Made by a program: the position numbers and the translations under genes
In this document: one piece after another, positions 1 to 64,000 of the stretch
Layout of the letters: every line of letters starts with the position of its first letter
Numbering within the stretch: position 1 is the stretch's first letter
The notes under the pieces: generated by a model
What the model saw: only the letters and a program-made list of their open reading frames with translations
Database searches by the model: none
Told to the model about the DNA's origin: nothing
Source: Vicugna vicugna
Lineage: Eukaryota
Direction: 5' to 3'
NCBI GenBank assembly: GCA_013265495.1
Contig: MU058718.1
Coordinates: 4,016,678 to 4,080,677 of the forward strand
DNA length: 64,000 nt

Positions 1-745
1 CCTTTTAGAATAACATACTGAAATATTAACAGATGATATTTAGGATTTACATGGAAATAATATAGTACAAGAGGGGGTGAAATAGATGATGTGTAGAAGA
101 AGCAACACTGGCCATGTTTCTGTAAAACTCAGATCTGTTGACCATGAGATCAGTGCTAATGGTAATCTTTTAAACTTCTCATTGCAAAGGTAGACTATAT
201 GTATACCCTGTCCAGATTTTTAAGTGATTGTGTAATCAGGGTTGTCATGGCTAAAGTTGTGGGTTTGAGCCCATTTCTGAGCACTTGTTTCCTTAGGGTT
301 TGATGTTTTCAATGACCATTTCCTTCTCAACAGAGAAAAAAAATTTATAAATTTTTGCACTCTAAGGCGTTAAAGACTTAATGTTAACTTATCCTCAAGA
401 CAACTGCACTTGAATTTTAAAAGAATAGGTGGTAGAGGAGAATGTGATATTTAACACAGAGTAGTCACTCATGTAGCCAGCCAGGCAGAGTATAATAGAG
501 ACTTAGAGCAGCTTGGGCAATTGGCCACCCTGTCTGCTGGGTGTAGCTGATTATATACATACATGTAACTTTTAAAAGATTCATCCTTAGCATAAAGCCA
601 AATAGCACAAAGCCCAAGAAATATTTGATTTTAATGATCACAAATTAATCGTGTAATTGCCCATTGATGGTGAAAATTATGCATGTGAAGTTTGATGAGG
701 TCTACTGTAAACATGCATTACTTTAAAGGTGACTTTCTCTTAAAG

Positions 746-32267
<31,522 letters not shown>

Positions 32268-34430
32268 ATAATGAACGCTAGGTATGCATTTTAATCTCCA
32301 TATTCAGCTGTAGGGATGTATCAATTGCATTCTTTAATTTTAATTTAAGAAAAATGGTTTGAAAATATCATTTTTAGTTATGTCATTAGGTAACCGCTGA
32401 ATTTTTAAATGATGTAATGTAGAAATAATAATTTTTTAAAGTACATGCTCTTAAAGAAAGTACAGTTTTATCTGTCCTGAATTCCTGACTTTGTTAGTGA
32501 CCCATCTTTACCAACCATGATCTAAAGACTTGGCTTTTTTAGCATTTCTGGGAAAGATGGCATGAAAAATTGATTATTCCCTTAACCTTTGACTTTGTGG
32601 TATCCAAGCTTTTTTGTCTTTCCTAGACAAGATATAGTATAATGAAGGTTGTAAACCTCCTTTTAACTTTGAAGAGTCATAGAAAAGTTCACATTTCACA
32701 TTACTTAGAGTAACAATATTCGTATTTGGGAATTTTTAATTCTTGATTTAAAAAATAACATGAAATTTCACATTTCAAAGTAGGTTGAATAAGATTCTGT
32801 ATTATCTATTTGTAAGAAATAACTTTAGAAAAGAAACTTGAAGCCTTTATTTTTCCCAGTTTCTTTATAATTGACTTGGTCTAGTGTCATCACTAAAATC
32901 TAAGTAGCAGTACACTCTGAGTGGTTTTGCCTGCTCTTCAGTCTTCTGTGGTTGAGAAAATAAAGCAACTTAGAATGCTGACACTGGTATGCAGAACTCT
33001 GTAATTTGAAAAAGTATTTACCTCTTATATCTCTGTTCTTCAGTTAAACCAGCGTTCTCAGATGTTGGCCAAGATCACTAATGATTCATGCCTACTTGAC
33101 TTTTCAGGATTCCTGTAAACTTTTATGAGGATATTTCTTCATTTTGAGGAGATACCTAATTTTGAGGCATTCACTTTTGTAAACCGCAGAAGTGCCTTAC
33201 GTTCATGTGTACTTCATGAGTATTTTAAATTGTTGCTCAGTGCCATACTGTATTCTGTGTACTGTATATATGCGTGTGTTGAAATTCTTGCAATTCAGAA
33301 AGTTGAAAAATAGAAATATAAGTGAAAATATGGTAGAATGTGGGGGAACTTTTATTGTAGACCCACTGTTCAGGTGAGACATTTTCATCCATTCCCTCAC
33401 ATATCGTCTCTCTGGATTAATCGTCTCTTCATTTTTCCTTTCCTCTTGTCTCTCCAAAGCTGAATGATGGATGAGTTAGAAAGATGTGCATTTTGGTTGA
33501 TAGGAAAACTTTTGTCTTCTTCCTTTTCACTTCAAGCTTCGGCAATGAAGTTGATTGAGCTACCTCACCAGTTAATTTGAAAGGCTGCACAGCATCAGTC
33601 AGCTCATGTTCAAGAATGGTAGGTAAATAGATTCAGCAGTTATTCAACGCTTGGGATGAGCATATAGAAAGCAATTAGAAAGCATTCAGAGGAAACAAGC
33701 CCTAGTGGTTCTTCCTAGCAACTGATTCCTCCCAGAAATGTGACACACAGGGTATTTTTCTGTTTCATTACAAGACTGTTAACAGATAGAAAACATTACA
33801 GTTCTCTATTTCACCAACAGTAACATTGCATATACACTAAGCTGTGAAAGACTGAAATTACAAAAATAACCATCCTAATTAAAGCAACCCTCATTCCATT
33901 TGAGTCTTTACCATACCCCCCGAAAACACAAGTGAAAAAATTATTTCAAGTGTTTTGAATGTGTAGATTATTCTATTTTTAAAACATTTTGTATTTATGT
34001 CAATAAAGAAGAATTGTATATTAATATTAAAAATATTTTAATGAGCCTTGGTGTTGTGAACATAATTTTTAGTTATTTAAATTGTAAATAATGAAAGTTA
34101 TTTACTGATTCAAGTTAATTTTATGTGTGAAACACTATCACAGGCTTAAGATAGCAGCCAATCAAAAAAAAAAAAAGCTTGTACTTGTATAAAAATGAGG
34201 TAGAGTAGTTTGTATTTTGGGTAAAATGTGGAGCACTTTACTACTTACAAAAATGGCTTTCCATTTGATGGTGGCAGTATCTGGCCGAGATCAGTGTTAT
34301 CTTCATACCCTGGAGCACCAGGGAAGGTTATTTCTGTTACATAGCAGAATGTATATAACATATAAATACACAGTGCTTTTTGGGGGCGGGAGGGGTTCCA
34401 ATAAATAAATCAATCTTTTGGAATTTCACA
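32268..34430 (+). other. L2HGDH: L2HGDH 3' UTR (end uncertain) with candidate poly(A) signals
   Basis: AU-rich, largely repeat-free sequence after the stop codon; AATAAA at 32959-32964, 34002-34007 and 34400-34405. The true cleavage site cannot be determined from sequence. Confidence 0.55.
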
Positions 34431-35840
34431 CAAAATTATAGTTCCTCTTGGGAAGACATCTTTGATACGCTATCTCTTACAGGGGGTTAGGCTTCTCGTG
34501 AGCCTCCTATAAGGGTTATAGGGCAAATGATCTGGCTGAGTGCCTGCTCCAGCTTCTTTCTGGCAGGTGGACTGTAAGAGGACCAGAGTTAGCTACAGCA
34601 ACGAACCACGAAAGTGGGTGACAGCGACATTTGTTGTTTCCTGTGGCATTACTTTGGTTTCCTACTGACTGGCAGCACTTGTAGCTTTAAATAAATTGAG
34701 GAAGTAGGGAAGAGTAAATGGGAGAAATGTTAAGTTCTTCAAAATGTTTTTCAGTGGGAAAATACTAGTGGTAAAATTTTTACTGCCTTTTAAAACTTGA
34801 GATGTGCTTGGGTCATTCAAATTCTCTGTCTAAAGTCATTCTAAATTCTAAAAAGACAAGTAAAATTACTGTCAAATTATTAATATGATAGCATATTAAT
34901 TTTAACTCATTTATGATTGAGTTTTTGTTATATATCCATAGGCCCTCCCTCTTACCGTATCAGTATGTTTAATACTTCTATTTTTTAACACTTGAAGCAA
35001 GTATTTATAATGAGGTTAGAATTTTTCATTTAAAAATGGCTTTTAATTAATGTTTTGAATAAGTAAAACATTCATATGGTTGAAAAGTCAAAGTCATGAA
35101 AAAGTGCACAGTGAAAAGTCTCCCTCTAACCACCCAGTTCTCATCCCTGCGGCAACAAAAATTGTCAGTATCTTGTACAGCCTTGCAGAAACATTATATT
35201 TATATGTAATAAAATACTGCCTCCAGTTTTTTTTTTTAGCATACTCTGCATACTGTATTATACATCCTGCTCTTTTCATTTTGCGGTACATCTTGGAGAA
35301 TGTTAAAGTGGCTTGAACACAGTGGCCTGGTTCTTTTTAAATGACTTTATAGCTTCCATTCTCTGGATTTATTTGTTGAACCATTCCCTTATTCCCACTG
35401 ATGATTATTTACATTGTTTATTTCTTGGGGTTTTTTGTTGTTTTTGCTGTAACAGTACCGCAATGAATAATCTTGTATGAAGTCACTTCACACACGAGCA
35501 AGTATACCTACAGGACATTCTTAGAATTTACTAGGTCAAAGGGCATGTGCCTTTGCAATTTTGATATTGTCAAGTTGCCCATGACAGAGACTGAACCAAT
35601 TTACCAATCTCACCAATAATATATCAGGGTACCTGTTTCCCCATACTCTTACCAATATAGTATATAAGCAAACTTTTTGATCTGTGCTATCCTAATGTGA
35701 AAAATGATAACAGGATAATTTAAATTTGCATTTTTGTAATTTGAGTGAAGCTGAGCATCTTTAGTATGTTTGAGACATTTATTATTTCCTTTTCCCTTTT
35801 CTGTGAACTGTCTTTTCATATCCTTAATCCTTTCTTTCTT

Positions 35841-35951
35841 TTTTTAAACACATTTATTTATTTATTTTTTTTTAATGGAGGTACTAGGGATTGAACCCAG
35901 GACCTCATGCATGCTAAGCATGTGCTCTACCACTGAGCTATATCAACCCCC
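35841..35951 (-). mobile_element. vic-1-type camelid SINE
   Basis: atggaggtactagggattgaacccaggacctcatgcatgctaagcatgtgctctaccactgagctata; approximate TSD cctttctttctt/cctttttttctt. Confidence 0.88.
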
Positions 35952-36107
35952 CCTTTTTTTCTTATTAAGTTTTAGTCCTATTAATTTGTAGAAACTCCTT
36001 TAGATATTAAAGAAATTAACTCTGTAGGAAATAAGTTGCAAATATTTTTTTCCTGTTTGTCATTTGCCTTTTGGCTTAACTTGTGGTGTTTTCCTTGGCC
36101 ATACATT

Positions 36108-36772
36108 GTATATATATATATATATTTTTAATTGAAGTACAGTCAGTTTATAATGTTGTGTTAATTTCTGGTATACAGCATAATGCTTCAGTCATATATG
36201 AACATACATATATTCGTTTTCATATTTTTTCACCATAAGTTACTACAAGGTATTGAATATATTTCTCTGTGCTATACAGTATGTGCTATACAGTTGTTTA
36301 TCTATTTTATATATATTAGTATCTTCAAATCTCAAATTCCCAATTTATCCCTTCCCATCCCGTTCCCCCCTCCCCGTAACCATAATTTGTTTTCTATGTC
36401 TGTGAGTTTGTTTCTGTTTTGTAAATAAGTTCTTTGCCTTTTTTTTTTTTTTAGATTCCACATATAAGTGACATCATATGGTATTTTTCTTTCTCTGGCT
36501 TACTTCATTTAGAATGACAATCTCCAGGTCCATCCATGTTGCTGCAAATGGCATTATTTTATTATTTTTTATGGCTAAGCAGTATTCCATTGTATAAATA
36601 TACTACACCTTCTTTATCTGGTCATCTGTCGATGGACATTTAGGTTGATTCCATGTCTTGGCTATTGTAAATAGTGCTCCTATGAACACTGGAGTGTGTG
36701 TATCTTTTTGAATTAAGGTTCCCTCTAGATATATGCCCAAAAGTGGGATTGCTGGATCATATAAGTCTATTT
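36108..36772 (-). mobile_element. 5'-truncated lineage-specific L1 3' end
   Basis: - strand peptide YDPAIPLLGIY..FTIAKTWNQPKCPS; perfect 13-bp TSD ttggccatacatt at 36095-36107 and 36773-36785. Confidence 0.92.
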
Positions 36773-37051
36773 TTGGCCATACATTTTTAAAAATAGAATT
36801 TATCAATCTGCATTTTATATCATAGTAGAAAGCTCTTTGTACTCTGAAGTTATAAGCAGATTATTTTATGGTTTTATTTTTTAAGTTTAAATATTTGACA
36901 TAGCTGGAATTTATCTTCACGTAGAGTATAGGATATGGGTCTGACATTTTTATCTATATGGCCCATTTGTCTGGTTGGGATACTGTTTACTGGTGTTATT
37001 CTTGGATTACCTTCCACATGCACATGGATCACATTTCTGTTTTGTCTCGCC

Positions 37052-37385
37052 CAGAGATCACAATTCAGATGCCTGTAGAGACTAGGCAGGTTACATAAAA
37101 GGGTGAAGAGTGCCAGGTGGGAAGTATAGCCAACTGGGAACAGGATGGCATACTATTCTAAAGAAGCAGCCACTACCCCACTACCTGCTGATTATTCCCT
37201 TGCAGGAAGCAGCGGGGGCCAGTGTTGCCAGATCTTTGTCAAGAGAAGCTGGACATCTAGATTTTTATATGAAATGTCTTGATTTTAATATATTAACAAC
37301 AGTTTAAAAAATTTAAATTAAGCTCTGGCTACACAAGATGTGTCTTCAGGCCAGATTTGGCCCAGAGAAGGTTCCAATATCCTTG
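37052..37385. mobile_element. MER102-like hAT-Charlie element
   Basis: cagagatcacaattcagatgcctg...gccagtgttgccagatct...caagagaagctgga...gatttttatatgaaat. Confidence 0.75.
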
Positions 37386-37636
37386 GCCAAGAATGAAACT
37401 TCCCGCTAACAACTTTACTCTTCTGTAAGAAAATACAATCACAGTCTAATAGTTTGACAGCCTAGCAGTTTACATAGCTGGAGTTCAGGAAGAGGAGAGA
37501 CAAGTAAAGACACTCTGTATAAGCCAAATTCTTTGCCCTCACCGATTGAAGGATTAATTGGAGAAATGCAAGCATTTCACTATCCTACATTTTATCCCAA
37601 GTACATGGGAATGTGGATGTGGCCATTAATTGGAAG

Positions 37637-37792
37637 TTTTTTTAAATTGAAGTATAGCTGATTTACTTTATGTTAGTTTCAAGTATACAACAACGATTCA
37701 ATAATTTGTATATATTATACTCCGTTTAAAGTTATTACAAAGCAATGGCTGAATTTCTCTGTGCTGTACAATATATCATTGTTGCTTATCTA
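37637..37792 (-). mobile_element. Short L1 3' end
   Basis: T-run + aattgaagtatagctgatttac...tgtgctgtacaatatatc. Confidence 0.7.
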
Positions 37793-38469
37793 TTAGAAAA
37801 GATTCTTGATTTAGTGGCTACTTGAATTAGAAATATGATCTGTTTTCCAACTCTTGCCATTCTGATTTTTTGCCAGAATGACAAAATGGTGCCTATTTTA
37901 GGGGAGGATGATTTCTCTGCTACCTGCTAATGATCCAGGAACTGAAGTGTGGCATACAAACACACACACACACACTTCTTTTTGCACCGTTCCTCCTTTC
38001 CCTTTCTCATGGCTGGGGCTAGGGACAATCTATTATAATTTATGTATGTGCTGAACATCTTTAGTGGGATGAAAGTTATGCTAATGATAAGTTTCCAGAG
38101 TCTTCAATTCAGGAAAGCTTAAGGTCAGACTATCATTTTTGGGTTGCTAGAGTTTGGCTGAGTCCCAAGGGTGGATCCAGGTTCTGTGGGGGGACCTGAC
38201 ACCTACACAAGTTGGAGGACAAGATTAAGAAAACAATGCAAAATTGTCCTGGGGAAGTTTTACAAAACGGTATTATTTTTATGAACACATAGGATCTCGT
38301 GCAAGTGAAGGACTTGCTTGATTAATGTTGTCATCTGCCGGTTTTGGCCCTACTGTGTGCTAAGGGCTTTTCCCGCCTCATCTCCTTCAGTCCCCACACC
38401 ACCACCCTATGAAATAGTTACTATCTCCTATATACGGAACTGCCATGAAGAACACAAATAGGTTAAAAA

Positions 38470-61026
<22,557 letters not shown>

Positions 61027-61039
61027 TAAACTAAAACCA

Positions 61040-62432
61040 TTGAAATCATATGGGGGATATATGGTGAGTTTGTTTTTGTCAAAGATGTCAAGGCAATTCA
61101 ATGGGGAAAGGAAAATTTTTCAGTAGAAAAAGTGCTAAAATAACTGGATAAATTTATGGTGGAAAAAACCCTTGAAACCTATTTCACACAAAAATTAGTT
61201 CACAATGTATCATAGTCTTAAATGTAAAAGCTGAAACTGTTAAGTTTCTGGAAGAAAATGCAGCAGAATATCTTTATCAGCTGTGATTAAACAAATTTTT
61301 TTTTACAGAGGACTCAAAACACCACTAAGTATCAAAGAATAAAATTGATGCAAAAGTAAAAAATGTATAAGTCACAGACTAGGAGAAAATGTTTTCAATA
61401 TATATTCCTTACAAAGGACTTATGTCCAGAATATGTTAAAAACTGCTACAAATCAATAATAAAAAGACACCCTGCTCACCCAAATGGACAAAAGTCCTGA
61501 ATAGACTCTTCATAAAAGAAGATATACTTATAGCCAATAAGCATAAGAAAAGGTACTCAAGCTCGTAATTCATCAGGGAAATAGAAATTAAAGCTATAAT
61601 TAGATACTATTTCATTGTAATAGTATCCCACTAAAAGGGATAAAATTAAAGACTGATAACAAGGAATGTTAATAAGATTTAGAGGTGAAAAAGAGGAGTT
61701 CTATTTTGGTGGGAGTCGGGGGAGGATTTACTTATTTAATTTTAGAGGCGGTATTTGGAGTTGAACCCAGGACCTTGTGTATGCTAAGCATGCGCTCTGC
61801 CACTTGAGCTATATCCTTCTCCTCCCAGAGGAGTTAGAGCTCTTATACAATGCTAGTGGGAGTATAAAATGGCTAACCACTTTGAAAGATTGTTTTGCAG
61901 TTTCTTATAAAGTTAAATATGTATCTATCCAGTTTTACCCCTAGATATTTAACTCTAGAGAAATGAAAATACATCTTCACAAAGAGACTTACACATGAAT
62001 GTCCAAGCGTTTTACTCATAATAGGCAAAATTGGAAATAAATTTCCATCTACAAGAAAATGGGTAAACAAATTGTTGTAGATTCATAAAATGGAATACTA
62101 CTCAGTAATAAAATGGAGGAACAAACTACTGATATATGCAATAACATAGCCACAATTCACAGATACCATGCAGAGTGAAAGAAGAAAAACCATACCCCAG
62201 AGAGTATATATTGTATGATACCACTTATATGAAATTCAGAAATAGCTAAAAGTTATGGTGATAGAAATCAGGGTGGTGGCTACGTATGAGGGATGAGATT
62301 AAGATGATAAGAAATTTTCTGTATCTTGATTGCAGTGTTGGTTACACAAGGTGTAAGCATTTTTCAAAACTCTTGAAATTGTACGCTTTAGATCTGTGCA
62401 TTTTACTGCATATAAATATTACCTCCATAAAG
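61040..62432 (+). mobile_element. Old L1 3' region
   Basis: caaggcaattcaatggggaaagg...catcagggaaatagaaatt...atggaatactactcag...gtgatagaaatcag. Confidence 0.85.
61701..61826 (-). mobile_element. vic-1-type camelid SINE
   Basis: ttgaacccaggaccttgtgtatgctaagcatgcgctctgccacttgagctata; TSD agaggagtt at 61692-61700 and 61827-61835. Confidence 0.88.
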
Positions 62433-62715
62433 GACTAGTGTAAAATAAGGATGTTTACTCATTGATTAAATATATGCATATCTATACACCTAAAAGATCA
62501 CGTATAATTTAGTGCTGAAATAATTTGTTTTGGCTCAGCTGCATGGGTGTACTTACAGATTTTTAGAATTATCTGTCAGCATAGCTTTCAAAAGTTGCTT
62601 TGACATTATACTGTTTACATCACCTTTCTTTTGAAGCTTGTTTCTATAAGAAGGCAACAACTTCCAGTATAAAGGAAAATCTTAATTTGGAGTAACGAAT
62701 CTATTAAGATTTTCA

Positions 62716-64000
62716 GGGGGGAGAGGAGAAGCAAGATGGCGGAGTAGAAGGACACTTGTAGCTCACCCTCTCCCACAAATACCCCAAAACTCACATCTAC
62801 GGACCTACTCAGCCAACCAGAGCACCTGTCGAACTCCGACAGAACATCGCCCTCTTCGAAAGACAAAGACGCCAAAAATCTGGTAGGAGAAAAAAAAAAA
62901 GAAGAAGAAAAAGCAAAACATTGTGGGACCGATTGCATGGGGAGGGAGCGGCAAAGGAGGACTGGCGCTCATTTGCTGGGTCTCCCCCCTCCAACGGAGA
63001 GGCAAGCGGGACGGAGGGGGAGCCTCTGAGGCTCAGATCTGCCCTGAGCACCGACAGAACCGAGTTAAACGAGCACAAAGGGTCCCTGCGACACCCAGCC
63101 CGAGACGCGAGTCGGCAGCTGGGGCCGGGACAGGCTGCCCGAGCCAGGTGGAGGACTGGGGTGGCTGCACTGAGGCAGCCCTGGGGGACTGCAGGGTGCT
63201 GCGTGCCAAGGCTGGAAGGGGATTTGGAGCAGAACAACCTCGGTCCCCCATAAATTGCAAAAAAGCAAAGCAACATGGCTGGTGTGCCCTGGGGGGAGGG
63301 GTGCCATAGCCTTTGTCTCCTCAGACCTGCGCTGCCATTACTGGTGCATCTCGCAAGAAGAGAGGCTGGGCACAGCCACAGCCACCATCTCCTCCAGTGC
63401 GCAGAGCCCGGGCAGGGGCGGGGGTGAGACCTGAATCCACATCTGGGGGCTCCGCAACCTTCTGGGCAGGACTGAGACTTGTTTACAGCCCGAGGCAGGT
63501 AGAATCTTTCTGCCCTGGCACCTCAGAGGACTTGCACTGCCAAGACAAACAAGGAGCTGAGATTTGGCACACAGCAGGGACGGGGCTGTTCCGCAGTCTT
63601 CTGTGAGCCCACCTTTGGAGCTCCGACCTGAGGCGGAGCGGGCAGCTGCACAGAGCAGCAGAGTGGCTGGTGGTGGGAGAGGGCGGGCGGCCACCCGCCT
63701 TCCTGGGAGGATTGCAGCACCTGACCATGGTGCTGGGAGGGGGTGTGATCCACCCACCTGCCTCCCTCCTGAGTGCAGCATCTGACTGCTGCATCGGGAG
63801 GAGGGGTAACCCGCCCACCCACTGGGTAAGCTCAGCTCCTGACCCAGTGTTAGGAGGATCTGCTAGCCGACAGCCACTGGGAGCAGCGCAGACAAGGTTG
63901 CCAACAAGGGCCTCTGGAAACAGCAAGCTGAGTTCATGAAACAGGGTGAAGACATAAAGACCTCTCGATAAAATCATAAGAGCACACTGCCTCTAGGAGA
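62716..64000 (+). mobile_element. 5'UTR/internal promoter of a probably full-length young L1 (continues past the window)
   Basis: Abrupt switch to G-run + YY1 site caagatggcgg (62732-62742), then a CpG-rich ~1.3-kb tract; preceded by tt|aagattttca, resembling an L1 endonuclease site. Confidence 0.85.

Larger units (their letters stand above)
35035..36965 (-). mobile_element. Old L1 (L1ME-like) hosting a SINE and a younger L1
   Basis: Degenerate L1 3' motifs (ggtcaaagggcatgtgc, cctgtttccccatactc, ctgtgaactgtc, gctggaatttat). Confidence 0.7.

Overview
Mammalian genomic DNA, almost certainly camelid (three tRNA-Ala-derived vic-1-type SINEs and young camelid-type L1s). The window holds two tandem + strand genes. 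L2HGDH is present as coding exons 2-10 (746-32267; exon 1 lies upstream of the window) plus its 3' UTR. SOS2 is present as its CpG-island promoter, exon 1 (ATG 39408) and exon 2 (60811-60936). All exons have canonical AG/GT ends and splice in frame. Introns are dense with repeats. L2HGDH intron 6 holds a stack: an ERVL provirus remnant with nested MER20 and MLT1, a processed HPF1 pseudogene, and a very young 5'-truncated sense L1 whose ORF2 remnant is intact apart from one stop codon. SOS2 intron 1 holds an orphan retroposed 3'UTR-like insert, an internally deleted L1, a 131-nt assembly gap and nested L1s. The window ends inside the 5'UTR of a probably full-length L1. I see no demonstrably new biological system. 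The best leads are the HPF1 retrocopy, an in-frame cryptic L2HGDH-to-L1-RT acceptor sitting just before the only stop codon, a nuclear-receptor motif cluster in L2HGDH intron 4, an upstream AUG overlapping the SOS2 start, and the orphan retrocopy. Repeat subfamily names are from recalled consensus sequences, not a search.
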